44,485 nucleotides of DNA, taken from positions 1-44,485 of IMG/VR virus record IMGVR_UViG_3300037483_000521; one strand, 5' to 3'. The notes under the pieces are model-generated. The model searched no databases. It had not been told where the DNA came from and worked only from the letters and a program-made list of their open reading frames with translations. The DNA is from a virus. Lineage: Duplodnaviria > Caudoviricetes. Shown piece after piece: positions 32,827 through 43,184 of this stretch (its first letter is position 1; each line of letters begins with the position of its first letter). A program made the translations under genes and the position numbers.

Positions 32827-33140
32827 GCGTCGCTGTACCCCCGCTTCTTCATGCAAGAATCGTAAGCAACTTTCTTCATAACGGCCGGCTTGATGTCCGG
32901 GTTGGCATAGACGTACTGGATCATGTAGATGAGCAGCAAGGTGGCGTCGTTCGACCACTCTTTCTCGTTCGCCAGGTTGAGCGTTTTATCGATCAAGGTG
33001 TCGCGTGGCAGGTTCTCGTCGCGCAGTTCCGCGAACAGGCCGAGGTTGTTGCTGTAGTTGTAGCAAACCTCCTTGTCCTCGGCGAAGGCGGCGAAAGCCA
33101 GATTCGGAAGGAACAACAAAACGAAAATGAGTTTCTTCAT
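32823..33140 (-). CDS. Secreted hypothetical protein
   Basis: MKKLIFVLLFLPNLAFA signal peptide; one Cys pair. Confidence 0.7.
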   Translation of the reverse strand: MKKLIFVLLFLPNLAFAAFAEDKEVCYNYSNNLGLFAELRDENLPRDTLIDKTLNLANEKEWSNDATLLLIYMIQYVYANPDIKPAVMKKVAYDSCMKKRGYSDA

Positions 33141-33454
33141 GCGACCCCATCCCACTCAAAAGAATAGTGGTTCCCGTCCTCAAACCTGCCACCCCACCTG
33201 GCGAGCGGGTGCTGCTTCTCCCACCACTCGCCCAGCTCGCGGTGATCTTCCGTGGTGGTCAGGTACTTTCCGTCCTTGAACAAATTCAGATCGACTGCTA
33301 GACGTTTGCGGTGCGTGCTGTTCGGGTGGCCGTAGGTCACGCGTGGATCGCGGTAGGCGTCGCCGAACGTCATTTCGTAGCCGAGCTCGTAGGCGTGGAC
33401 GATCAGGTCGGCCACGCAAAGGGTGAAGGCTCGCTGTGCTTGTCCGAGGTTCAT
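33137..33454 (-). CDS. Endolysin, M15-family peptidase
   Basis: GDAYR, STHRKRLAVDL and WGGRFEDGNHYS zinc-peptidase motifs. Confidence 0.88.
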   Translation of the reverse strand: MNLGQAQRAFTLCVADLIVHAYELGYEMTFGDAYRDPRVTYGHPNSTHRKRLAVDLNLFKDGKYLTTTEDHRELGEWWEKQHPLARWGGRFEDGNHYSFEWDGVA

Positions 33455-33575
33455 CAATGGGACTTCAGCGGCCCGGCCGGCCAGGAGCCATCTTCATCTT
33501 CATCATCGTCGTCCACGTTATCCCTCGCTACACTACTTTATGCCCGCGCGGTTCATGCATGACGGGGCGTGGCGG

Positions 33576-33755
33576 TTATCTGTGCCATCCGCTTGCCATC
33601 AGCACGAAATAAACCAGAGCGCCGAAGATAGCCGCGGCAATCGCACGTAGAGCCCACAAGCCCAGGGTGGAAGTCCCTTTTTGAAACATCTCGGAAAGCC
33701 ACTCTTTGAAGGCTTCCTTGATGACTTTCTTTTGCTGTTCATCGGCTTCGCTCAT
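33576..33755 (-). CDS. Single-TM holin/antiholin-like protein
   Basis: KEAFKEWL...GLWALRAIAAAIFGALVYF; TAATG overlap with the tailspike; upstream of the endolysin. Confidence 0.6.
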   Translation of the reverse strand: MSEADEQQKKVIKEAFKEWLSEMFQKGTSTLGLWALRAIAAAIFGALVYFVLMASGWHR

Positions 33756-35557
33756 TAGATAAACGCCCGCCAATAAATATCTTGAGTCGTGCCGGCGGAA
33801 CCGTCGACTCGTTTCTTAATGGATACGGTGAAATTTGAAGCTGCCAGCGCCGTCACCTGCACTTCTTCTTGTGTGACAGAGGTGGTCGCCAGCACGCCCG
33901 TTGGCGTGGTCGCCAAACCATGACTGACGGTGGCTCCGTCGGCGACATTCGATACCCCTTCGTTTTCCGTGACGTATCCGATATTGCCGCGAACCTTGGT
34001 AGCCGCCCCGAGCTTTGTGATGCCGGTCGTGACGGTTCCGCTTATATGATTGTTGGCGATGAGGTTGGTGTTGGACGCTCCGATTTCTTCAATACCCGTA
34101 GCGATAGTGATGGTTGTTCCGCTTATTTTGTTGTCAGTAACGACGTTACTGGTTGCAACATCCAAAGAAATTCCGTTATAGGTGTTGGTGGTTTCCTGTG
34201 ACGGGCTGACGATGGTGTTGCTGCTGATTAGATTCCGGGTAGAACTGCCATCAAGCGTAATGGCGTTCCGATCCATATTTTCCATAGTGTTTCCGACAAC
34301 AGTACAATCACTGCTATTGAACAGACGAATGCCGCTGGAATTCTCATCAAAAACATTTCCGACAATAGTGTGTGTGTCGTTCCCGTTGGAGTGAAAGCCT
34401 GCTCCGTTGGCCGGATTTTTGCCGTTACCGGCTATGACGTTTCCGGTGACTATCACGGTATAGGATTGGTTCAGCGCGTAGATACCGTCACCCAAGTTGG
34501 TGTTGATGTAGCAATCCGAAACGTAGACGTAGGCGTTGTTTCGAGTGCCGGTGCCTTCCGCCAGGATGCCTTGTGCTTTGGCGTCGTTGATATAACACCC
34601 GGAAATGTGGGTGTCCTCTGCCGAGTGCAATCGTATAAGCGCCCCGGCTGACTGGTTGGCCGAGTTACCCGCCAGTCGCATGTTGCGAATCGCGTTGCCG
34701 GTGGTGTACGTGGAACCATCCCCGATGACGATCATGTGATCGTTGGTGGTGTTTCGCAGTGTTAGTTTAGTGTTGCTCCACCCAGCGCCGAGCAGCGTTA
34801 CGCCGCTTTTTACGCCAATGCTGATCTTTCCGATAGAATAATTACCGAAAGGGAAAAACACCGTGCCGCCCGATGCCGGGGCATCATCAATCGCGGCTTG
34901 AATGGCGGCAGTGTCGTTGGTTGCGCCGTCACCGGTAGCGCCATAGTCCTTGACATTGATGGCGGGTTCTGCGAATAGCGTGGCGCGTGCGGCCCGGGCA
35001 GTGGTGTCGTCCACCACCGTCGCCATGAAGGACGATATGGGTGTTGCGTCTGTCGTACCCGCGGTAGCAATCGGCTTGCCATCGGCATCCCACCCACTGT
35101 ACTTGCTGGCGCGGACGACTTTTGCCGGCATGTACATGTCGGCCGCTACGAAACCGGTGTCGCCTTCCGGCAGGCGCAGCGACCGCCCGATGACTTCCAG
35201 GACGCGCTGCACGATCATGGTCAGCTTGTCGAGCGGCTGTTCGATGGCGGTTTCCACAGGCAGCGGGTCGCCCTCTACCAGATCAACGTCCTGAATGGCG
35301 GACGGGTCGCGATAGATGGTGAGCGTCACGGTCGAAGCCGGCGCGGTCAGCATCGTTACCGAGCCGCCCGCGGGGTTGCCTTCACCGGACACGGTGTAGT
35401 GCGTAGTAAGAGATTTAACGGATTGGACTCCGGTAGCAATCACGGTTTCCAAAACGACCAAGTCGGCGTCCGCCAGGAAGTAGTACGGAAACGAGAAAAC
35501 GGTGGTAACGCCGTTGCCGGTAAACTCGACTCGATTGGTAGTGGTGTTGATTGTCAT
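33755..35557 (-). CDS. Tailspike / tail fibre with a right-handed beta-helix (pectate lyase-like) domain
   Basis: T7 gp17-like N-terminal adaptor (GNGVTTVFSFPY...LDKLTM), INVKDYGATGDG..NDTAAIQAAI and Asn-rich beta-helix repeats. Confidence 0.9.
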   Translation of the reverse strand: MTINTTTNRVEFTGNGVTTVFSFPYYFLADADLVVLETVIATGVQSVKSLTTHYTVSGEGNPAGGSVTMLTAPASTVTLTIYRDPSAIQDVDLVEGDPLPVETAIEQPLDKLTMIVQRVLEVIGRSLRLPEGDTGFVAADMYMPAKVVRASKYSGWDADGKPIATAGTTDATPISSFMATVVDDTTARAARATLFAEPAINVKDYGATGDGATNDTAAIQAAIDDAPASGGTVFFPFGNYSIGKISIGVKSGVTLLGAGWSNTKLTLRNTTNDHMIVIGDGSTYTTGNAIRNMRLAGNSANQSAGALIRLHSAEDTHISGCYINDAKAQGILAEGTGTRNNAYVYVSDCYINTNLGDGIYALNQSYTVIVTGNVIAGNGKNPANGAGFHSNGNDTHTIVGNVFDENSSGIRLFNSSDCTVVGNTMENMDRNAITLDGSSTRNLISSNTIVSPSQETTNTYNGISLDVATSNVVTDNKISGTTITIATGIEEIGASNTNLIANNHISGTVTTGITKLGAATKVRGNIGYVTENEGVSNVADGATVSHGLATTPTGVLATTSVTQEEVQVTALAASNFTVSIKKRVDGSAGTTQDIYWRAFI

Positions 35558-35566
35558 GGTATATCC

Positions 35567-35595
35567 ATTATCGCAATATGTTGCTTGTTTAACAA
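35567..35595 (-). promoter_or_regulatory. Promoter for tailspike/lysis genes, with operator-like box
   Basis: TTGTTA-N17-GATAAT; the spacer holds CAACATATTG (35574-35583). Confidence 0.65.
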
Positions 35596-35617
35596 CGCCA
35601 AACGCAAATGAATGAAA

Positions 35618-38600
35618 TCAACGATTTAACTGCGCCGCCATTTCGTCGGCAATTCGCTGTATTTCCGCGGCCCTGGCTTCCGGGGGCAGGGCCACAAGTG
35701 CCGCCTGTTGGCGTGCGCTGCGCAAGACCTTGGAGTAAATGCCCTCTTTCACGATGTCCGGTATCCGGTCCCAGCCCTCGCTGCCCACAATGCGGGCCAG
35801 CAGGTCATGGGCGAACTCACCCTGCTTCTGCGTGTAGGCGTTGCGCGCCTCCGGGGTGATCTCCACATCGCCGATCCGGCCGGTGCCGCGGCCGACGTGC
35901 ACCTTCTTGGGCGCGATCGGCAGGCGGATGCCCAAGCGTGCGGCCTCAGTTAACACCTTATCCTTGGACTCCCGGGTGACAGAGACCGGGGCCAACGGAA
36001 ACAGCCGTTCCGGTTCGACCGGTTGGCCGGTCAGAGTGTTGCGTTTTGGCAACAGTTCCTCGCGCCAGATCGGAATGCGCGCCTGTATCGCCTCAAACAC
36101 GGAGTTAACTTCGCGCGCATGTGGGTCCAAAGCGGTGGCCGGCTGCGCGATAAGGGATGGAACCAAGGAGCCTGCGTACTGATGCGTCCACCGGTCGCCG
36201 TACCGCTCGGGAACCGTCACGGCGTTGATGGCGTTCGCCAACCCAGATAGATAGTTTTGCGATACAGTGGCGTTGCCAATAGAAGCGACAATCACGGCGG
36301 CCACGTCCAATTTGTCTTGACTGTCGTCTTCCAGTTCGTTCATTATCTCGGATGCATCCGCAACGGCCGACATCATTCGCCCCAAAGGTTCTAGCCGCGC
36401 ATAGCTGTAGTACGAGTCGCCGATCTTGATGCTGTAGGGCTGTATACCGGCAGCCAGTTGCGCTCGGCGCTTGTCCGGATCAACGGCTAAACCCCCGGTA
36501 ATGGTGCCTTCTTTCACGGCAGCCGCCACAACCATCATCACGGTACCCCCGATAATCATGCGCGCGAACGCCATATCCTGCGCGATTTTTCCATTCTTGC
36601 CGGACAGATCAGTACGCGCGCTCTCCATGAGCAAGTTTATGCCCGGCAGCATTTCCGCCGCTCGTTTGAACAGGTTGATGGGCGTGCGCCTGGCCGGGAA
36701 TAGCAGTTCCCACAGCGACCCCTGCACCATCCGGTTGAACATCTGCCCGCGAGCGCCCAGCGGCGTCGTGAAAGTAGCATCGCGGCCAGCTTTTTCTACC
36801 GCCTCCGCAAGTGTTTTGGCGGCAGTTTCACCGAGAGCGGCTTCCGGATTCTGTACGATGCTTTCGACGCGCGAACGAAACTCCCTCGTCTCAGGGTGCA
36901 GGTTTTCTTTATACGCCGTCCGATACGCCTGCGCGTACAGCTCTGCGCGCTCAACCATCGTTCGTGTCAGGAAGTCACCGGCACTCAATGGGCGAAACGA
37001 TATTGATTCCAACACCTTTCCGAATGTGCCTTTGAACGCGCGTTTGTGTTCTATCTTCTGCGCAGCGTCCACTTCCCTGCGCCACGTCAGAATTTCCCCG
37101 GCGCCTCTCAGACCATCCAGAGCCCCGCGTTGCATCCCCATTAACAGCGCGTGCGCTTCCCCCAGCTCCACTCGCTCACCGGGAGTGGAGCCGCGCAGCC
37201 GGCCTATGCCCGCCGCTATGGCACGCGTCGGGACGCTCAGGCCCATCATAATCTTGTTGCCCATAATGTTCGCCATCCACGACGTAGGACCAGAGAAAAT
37301 GGACGCCTTGAACACCGTGGCAATTTTTTCCGTCAACGTCGCCTCAACGGCGGCTTTAGCCACCTTCAGCGCCGCAGTCGCGTTATCGACCTGGCTCAGC
37401 CTTTCCGCGATCACCATGTCGTCGGCGGCGCTTCCAAGTTCCTCGATGGCCCGGTGCATTTCCTGTCTGGTTTTGCGGCTCTTGGCCGTGGACTGAATCA
37501 CCTGAAGCACGCGCCCGCCCTCGCTCAACGCCCCTTCCGCTTCGGCCTCCAACATGGCGGCGCGTGCCACGCGAGCCTTGAAGTTGGCGCGCTGTTCAAT
37601 CGTGGCGCTTTCGCCCAAGTCCTTAAATTCTTTCGCTGCCTGGACGGCATCCTTAGCCGCGGCCTCGGCCATCATCTGGCGGGCCAATATTTCGGCTCTG
37701 CTCACACCTTCCAGCGGAACGCGCCGGCCGAGGGTGTCCATGAGCAGGTCGGCTTCCGCCTGGCTTTGCGTGTTGCTGACCCGACCGCCGTGCTGTTTCT
37801 GAATTTGTTCTTCAAACAGCTCCGTCAACCGCGTGCGGGCGGCAACAATTTCCTCCGCGGAGTTGATGTATTCCAGCCGGACAACTGTAGGAATTTTCGG
37901 TGTGGTTGGTGTCTTGGCGAGTGTTGAGAACGGCGTTTCCATGAAGGCCGTCACAGCCTCCGGCGACACGGTGGCGGGATCGGGGACAGCGGCCTTGGCG
38001 TTCTCGACAGCGGCCGCAGGGCGGTAGACGGTCGGGATTTCGTCCGATTTTGCCAGCTCGGCTTTCAGCGCCGGGTCTTTCATCGCCTCAACCGCTACCT
38101 GCTCGGGCGGCACGCCGGTCTTGGCATAGATATTGCGTAGCCGACCGACCACGGTTGTCGCGGCGTGCATACCGCCCACCACGATCGCCGCGTCGAGGAA
38201 GTCCTGCGCGGTCGGGAGTCGACCTTCGAGCGCGCTGCCAACCGTCGCCAGCGTCGTGATCTGGGCACCGACGGCGCCGATCTGCGTGGCCGGGCCGGTC
38301 CCGAGCCCGCGCACGAAGCGCCCAGCCCCGGCGGTGGCACCACCCAGCACGGCGCCCTTGATGCCTCCGGTCGCGCCGGCTTTCGTGATTTCCCACAGCT
38401 CTTCCCAGGTGTCGACCGCGCCCATCTCGTAGGCAGTCATCAAGGATTCTCTGATCGCTGTCGGCACGGCGAGCGCCCCGGCACCAGTGCCGATCGGCCC
38501 GGCCGCGCTGCCGGCAACGCCGCCCACGATCATCGCCGGCAGGTCGCCCACAACGCCCGCGATGTTACCGGCCGCGCGCTCGTACCAAGCGGCATCGGGC

Positions 38601-38812
38601 GACATGTGTACGTCCGGGGCTTTGCCGCGCAGGATAAGGCCGGTCGAGCTGGCCTGCAGATTGGCACGGATGGAATTGATGATGCCGCCGGGGGCGTTGA
38701 CCTGCGGCTGTTCGAGCATCTGCGTGCGCTGGTCTACAACCCAAGGGGCATCCGGTAGTCCCGGCGTAACCGGAGCATCATTCAACCACGGGGCGTCGGC
38801 CAGTTCGCTCAT
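35618..38812 (-). CDS. Large internal virion (DNA ejection) protein
   Basis: 1064 aa, helical; PF/PA.RTP.N and G.QPYSIKIG...SY.RLEP motifs; third gene of the ejection triplet. Confidence 0.8.
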   Translation of the reverse strand: MSELADAPWLNDAPVTPGLPDAPWVVDQRTQMLEQPQVNAPGGIINSIRANLQASSTGLILRGKAPDVHMSPDAAWYERAAGNIAGVVGDLPAMIVGGVAGSAAGPIGTGAGALAVPTAIRESLMTAYEMGAVDTWEELWEITKAGATGGIKGAVLGGATAGAGRFVRGLGTGPATQIGAVGAQITTLATVGSALEGRLPTAQDFLDAAIVVGGMHAATTVVGRLRNIYAKTGVPPEQVAVEAMKDPALKAELAKSDEIPTVYRPAAAVENAKAAVPDPATVSPEAVTAFMETPFSTLAKTPTTPKIPTVVRLEYINSAEEIVAARTRLTELFEEQIQKQHGGRVSNTQSQAEADLLMDTLGRRVPLEGVSRAEILARQMMAEAAAKDAVQAAKEFKDLGESATIEQRANFKARVARAAMLEAEAEGALSEGGRVLQVIQSTAKSRKTRQEMHRAIEELGSAADDMVIAERLSQVDNATAALKVAKAAVEATLTEKIATVFKASIFSGPTSWMANIMGNKIMMGLSVPTRAIAAGIGRLRGSTPGERVELGEAHALLMGMQRGALDGLRGAGEILTWRREVDAAQKIEHKRAFKGTFGKVLESISFRPLSAGDFLTRTMVERAELYAQAYRTAYKENLHPETREFRSRVESIVQNPEAALGETAAKTLAEAVEKAGRDATFTTPLGARGQMFNRMVQGSLWELLFPARRTPINLFKRAAEMLPGINLLMESARTDLSGKNGKIAQDMAFARMIIGGTVMMVVAAAVKEGTITGGLAVDPDKRRAQLAAGIQPYSIKIGDSYYSYARLEPLGRMMSAVADASEIMNELEDDSQDKLDVAAVIVASIGNATVSQNYLSGLANAINAVTVPERYGDRWTHQYAGSLVPSLIAQPATALDPHAREVNSVFEAIQARIPIWREELLPKRNTLTGQPVEPERLFPLAPVSVTRESKDKVLTEAARLGIRLPIAPKKVHVGRGTGRIGDVEITPEARNAYTQKQGEFAHDLLARIVGSEGWDRIPDIVKEGIYSKVLRSARQQAALVALPPEARAAEIQRIADEMAAQLNR

Positions 38813-40539
38813 TTTAATACATCACGAATGGCTTGCTGTGCTTCTTCACGCGACGCAAACTTCTTTCCGTTCAGCCGCGCTATGGAAGATTTTGGGGGCG
38901 CGTCGATAACCACAGATATAGATTTTGGCAAGGCTTCAATGAAACCAAATGCCGTTTCTAAACTCTGTTCCGCCCCCTTCTCGGCCGCTACCGGCAAGGT
39001 ATCAACCTTCCGCAGTTTTGCGGCTTCTTCCGCGGTTATGGGTTGCCATTTTCCACCGCGGTACACGCCCCATCCCTGTTTAAATTGCTGAATCGTGCCT
39101 TCCGCAGCCGTCTTTGCCGCATTTGCTTGGTCTATTACCGTGGATTTGGCCGTACCGAGGAACGTCGACAGCCGCCCCGGGGAGGCCACGTAGTCCTTGC
39201 TCTCCGGGTCCAGCAGGTCGCGCGGATTACCGCCTTCTTCACGTACCCGGGCCACTTCGCTGTCCACCCACTTGCGCCAGTTGTACATGGCCGTGTCGCC
39301 CATCGCGATCAGATCGGCACCGGTCGCCTGACCCATCGGCGAACGCATGAACGTGGAGTGAACCTGGCCGGAAAGGGTTTGCAGATCGCGCCCGAGCGCG
39401 TCCTGCGTCTTGGCCCGTTCCATGTCCAGCATTAAATCCTGCAAATCCTTGTGGCCCAATTGCTTGTTGACCGAGAACAGATTCATCACTACCCGCGGGT
39501 CGTCGATCTTGTCCGGGTGATCCGGTGGCAGGTAAATCTTGCGCTGCACGTCGAGATACACCTGCGGATTGCTCGTCACGTCAGGGTTTTTAATGCGCTG
39601 TTCCAGCACGGCCCGCATCCGCAACTTCAAATCGGGGTCGCTCAGCTTGGACTTGGCAATCTCCGTGAACGTCAGCCCGCCCAGGTCCGGCTTTTCCATG
39701 CGCTGTATGAAAGAGTCCCTGATTTTATCGTCGGCATCGGCCTTTGCCCGCTTCGCCAGCGTGTACGCCCGGTCCTCATCGGATCGTTGTGCTCGTATGG
39801 CTTCGTCCGCCATGCTGTCGAGCCCCGGCACCTTATCTGCTGGAATAAGCCCGTCCCACTGTCCTGCTTTGAGCTGCTTCTTAAACAGCTCCGGGCTCAC
39901 GTTGTCGATCATGCCGCGAGCCGCCAGAATACCCAGCTCGTCGCGCGAGGTTTGCAGCAGCTCTCGACGCTTGTCGGCCGGCAGCAGCGCATACGGCCCG
40001 TTTGGGTCGTTGATGAACGCCGTAGTCTCAGCCACTAGCGGCTGAAGTTGCGAAGGATCTCGGTATATCGCATCGCCATTCTTGTTATGCGCTACCTTGA
40101 AGTTGTCGACTACCAGCGCGCCGTCCGCCGCCGCTTTGACCCCGAACGCTTTCTTCCGCAGCCCCTCTGTAGTCTCGGCACCGCGGGCAGCCGCCGAAGC
40201 TTGCCCGCCGCGCGTGGTCATCTTGTTCTGTATCTGGCTGACGCGCTCGGATACCGCGTTGTTGTACTGGTCCAGCGCGTCCTCGGCGTTGATCTCGCCG
40301 GATTGCACCCGGCGCTGCAAATCTTCCTCCGCGTCAGCGCGTACGGTTGCCAATTCCGCGTGAAGGGTTGACAAATCCTTGCGCTCAGCTTCGCGGTGCG
40401 TGGCGCCAGCCACATCGCCAACGGCCTCCCCGAGACGCGATACGCCGCGACCCACGTCAAAGTCATCCGCGCTGGCACGACGGCCTTCGATACCGCGGTT
40501 GACGCGAATTTGCTGTTCGTATTGTGGAATTTTAGGCAT
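38809..40539 (-). CDS. Internal virion protein
   Basis: 576 aa; MPKIPQY start typical of the middle ejection protein. Confidence 0.75.
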   Translation of the reverse strand: MPKIPQYEQQIRVNRGIEGRRASADDFDVGRGVSRLGEAVGDVAGATHREAERKDLSTLHAELATVRADAEEDLQRRVQSGEINAEDALDQYNNAVSERVSQIQNKMTTRGGQASAAARGAETTEGLRKKAFGVKAAADGALVVDNFKVAHNKNGDAIYRDPSQLQPLVAETTAFINDPNGPYALLPADKRRELLQTSRDELGILAARGMIDNVSPELFKKQLKAGQWDGLIPADKVPGLDSMADEAIRAQRSDEDRAYTLAKRAKADADDKIRDSFIQRMEKPDLGGLTFTEIAKSKLSDPDLKLRMRAVLEQRIKNPDVTSNPQVYLDVQRKIYLPPDHPDKIDDPRVVMNLFSVNKQLGHKDLQDLMLDMERAKTQDALGRDLQTLSGQVHSTFMRSPMGQATGADLIAMGDTAMYNWRKWVDSEVARVREEGGNPRDLLDPESKDYVASPGRLSTFLGTAKSTVIDQANAAKTAAEGTIQQFKQGWGVYRGGKWQPITAEEAAKLRKVDTLPVAAEKGAEQSLETAFGFIEALPKSISVVIDAPPKSSIARLNGKKFASREEAQQAIRDVLK

Positions 40540-40541
40540 AT

Positions 40542-41000
40542 TTAGCTCGCTACCTGAACCGGCGTGCCGTAGGAGTACGCGTCTGACCCGCCCATGAGCA
40601 AGGCACTGGCGGCATTAAAGTAGCCCGCTTTCTTGGTAGTCTTTGACTCGTACTCGAACAGCGTGGCCTCGTTCTCGTACCCGCGCGCCCTCAGCTCCCC
40701 GGCGTATTGCAGGCGTTGAACGTCCAGCGTCGCTTCCGTCACGGACGACTCCAACACGTCGAGCGGCGAGCCTTCCATCGTCACACCGGAGGCGCCCACG
40801 GCGGCGCGAACCGCTCCGAGCTGCTGGTATTGCTTCTTGCGCAGGCCGATGACTTCGGCCTGCGTTTGCTGCTTGGCGATTTCGGCGTTCTGCAACGAAA
40901 TGTCGCGGTTGAAATCCGCTGCCTGAGATTTGGCCTTCGCGGACGCGATCGAACCGATAGCTTTCAGTCCGCCTGACGCCAGTGCTGCTGTTGCGCCCAT
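40542..41000 (-). CDS. Small internal virion protein (T7 gp14-like position)
   Basis: Ala/Gly-rich; GASGVTMEGSPLDV motif. Confidence 0.8.
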   Translation of the reverse strand: MGATAALASGGLKAIGSIASAKAKSQAADFNRDISLQNAEIAKQQTQAEVIGLRKKQYQQLGAVRAAVGASGVTMEGSPLDVLESSVTEATLDVQRLQYAGELRARGYENEATLFEYESKTTKKAGYFNAASALLMGGSDAYSYGTPVQVAS

Positions 41001-43184
41001 TTATCTGTCCTGTGTGTGAAGCTGCGGGCCGACGGCCAGCACGGTGCAGGCCATCGGCTTGTCCTGCCGCCAGCATATCTGCCCGTACACGTCGTAGTCC
41101 CCCGGCCAATCCACCAGCTTGTCGCCGGTGAACAACGGAACCGCCGCCGCCGTGATATCCGTACTGACCCGGAACGAAACCTCGTCCATATCCGTGAAAT
41201 TCGCGCCATACTTCAGCCCGACCGTGTTGTGCAGCCGGAAGAAACACGTGTGCGCACGTTTGATTTTGCCCTGCGCCGTGCCATCCGCCGCGCCGGCTTC
41301 CCACGGCATGTTCTTGCCGTCCGACACGTAGCCAAGGCCGATGTGGGCTTTGGTTGCCTCGCGGTCGAGCGTGATCTGCCCGCCCGAAACGACCTTGGTC
41401 GGATGCGCCGCGCCGTCCGCCAGAATGGATACCGTCTCGCCTTCGAGGTGATCCAGGCCGGAAATAACCGTAGCCGCGGCTCCGGAATACGTCAGGCCGC
41501 TGTCCACGAAGAACATGTCCTCCTGGGCGTCACCTTCCTCGAAATCTTTTGTCATGTATTCGATGTATCGCACAGTCGCCCCGTCGACGGTACGCTTGAC
41601 AACCAGCCACAGTTCGTCGTACCCGCCACTCGGCTCTGGAATAACCGCTACCGACTCGACCACCGCGATGCCGCTGCCAAACGACCCGCCGACTTCATGG
41701 CGATGCCAGCCCACGACTTCCTGATCGCGCTCGTAAGTCAGGCCCACCAACACACCATCGCCCCGCACGCCCCACACGATGCCGTGCGGTTCCTGCTGGT
41801 ACGCGAGCTCGCCGAGCCCGCCCCGGGTGATGTGCTCGGCCAGGGGGGTCAGGTCTGGCGCGCGGAAGCCGTCGACCTCAAACACGTAGGCCAGCTCGCG
41901 CAATTTACGCCCAGCGCGCTGCACAAACAGCGTCGCCCGGCCGGCCTTGATGGCCTGCACCCGCTTGCTGCCCTTGCCGTCCGATTGCTTGGCCGATATG
42001 TTCGTCGGCGAAAGCGCCTCGGACTGCGTGGACGGCCGCACCAGCCACTCGCCGCCGGTCGTGCCGACCAGCAGCCCCTTCTCGTTGTCCATCATCCACC
42101 GAATGACGTTGACGGTGCTGGCGTTAAGAGTGAACGCCACGCCGTTGTCCGCGGCCACAGTGCCGTCCGCAGCACTCGGCGCGTGGTTCTCGTAATCGCC
42201 GGATTTGGACCCGTCCAGGCGCTGCGGGTAATTCGTCGACCCTCCCCAAAACAGCCGATCTTCGAAGAACGCCGCGGCGCCGGGGTATCCGGTCGTATCG
42301 GACCACACCCCGAGACGCCAATTCACCGTTGCGGTGCCGGCCGAAGCATTCGGCCCGCGAATCAGGGCGGTAATGCTGGTCGTACTGGCCCGAGCGGTGA
42401 TCTCCAACCACGTCCAGTTACCGGCCGGATCCTTCCACCGTATAAGCCGGCCCACGTCAGTCGTCTGGAAACCGGTGTTGCTGTTGATGCCGGTGACGGC
42501 GCTAGCGGTGACGGTCACGGAACCGGTCGTACCAGAGAGCGTGAGCGTCGTTGTGCTGGCGTTCGTCGGCAGATAGGGGCCGTCAAGAAAATCAATGGCC
42601 GTCAGCGTCCAGTTCGTGTGCGCCGTGCGGCTGAGTTTGCGTTGCGCGTAGCCCTGATGCGCGATATACAGCACGTCCGCCGATTGGGTGAAACTAAGAT
42701 TGAACAGATCGGCCTCGACATAGGGCGTCGGTATTTCATAAGCCGTTCCAGTCAAAGCATACCAATACGTCGCGTTCGGCGGCGCGTTGCCCACCGTAGC
42801 CGCGATGCAGTAGTAGTTGACCCCCACCGAGGAAACCAGATCGCCAATGACGTAGTTCGTGGCCCCGTTGTAGGCCGCCACTCCGGATACCGCGATCTGT
42901 CCGTGGTCCTTGTAGAACCGGCAGTACAGATCACCGAACTCGATGATATACGCCTGCGTGGTCGAAAACTCGAATCGCACGACGCGCGTGGACTCGGCGC
43001 TGGTTTTTACTTCAGCAACGTGATAAGTGCCGGAGCGATTCTTCCAACCACCCTGAACGAGCGGGAAAGCGTTGTAGCAAACTTCCAGCCCGTTCTTGTA
43101 CTTCGCCACGTCCGAACGCCCGGCCATGAGCTTCGACAGCTCGCCTGCGTTGAAGCTCTGCTGGATGGGACTCGCTTTCGGCAT
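41001..43184 (-). CDS. Tail tubular protein B (nozzle)
   Basis: 727 aa; SFNAGELS, FTQSADVLYI, GYPG..AFFEDRL and QEVVGWHRH motifs. Confidence 0.9.
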   Translation of the reverse strand: MPKASPIQQSFNAGELSKLMAGRSDVAKYKNGLEVCYNAFPLVQGGWKNRSGTYHVAEVKTSAESTRVVRFEFSTTQAYIIEFGDLYCRFYKDHGQIAVSGVAAYNGATNYVIGDLVSSVGVNYYCIAATVGNAPPNATYWYALTGTAYEIPTPYVEADLFNLSFTQSADVLYIAHQGYAQRKLSRTAHTNWTLTAIDFLDGPYLPTNASTTTLTLSGTTGSVTVTASAVTGINSNTGFQTTDVGRLIRWKDPAGNWTWLEITARASTTSITALIRGPNASAGTATVNWRLGVWSDTTGYPGAAAFFEDRLFWGGSTNYPQRLDGSKSGDYENHAPSAADGTVAADNGVAFTLNASTVNVIRWMMDNEKGLLVGTTGGEWLVRPSTQSEALSPTNISAKQSDGKGSKRVQAIKAGRATLFVQRAGRKLRELAYVFEVDGFRAPDLTPLAEHITRGGLGELAYQQEPHGIVWGVRGDGVLVGLTYERDQEVVGWHRHEVGGSFGSGIAVVESVAVIPEPSGGYDELWLVVKRTVDGATVRYIEYMTKDFEEGDAQEDMFFVDSGLTYSGAAATVISGLDHLEGETVSILADGAAHPTKVVSGGQITLDREATKAHIGLGYVSDGKNMPWEAGAADGTAQGKIKRAHTCFFRLHNTVGLKYGANFTDMDEVSFRVSTDITAAAVPLFTGDKLVDWPGDYDVYGQICWRQDKPMACTVLAVGPQLHTQDR

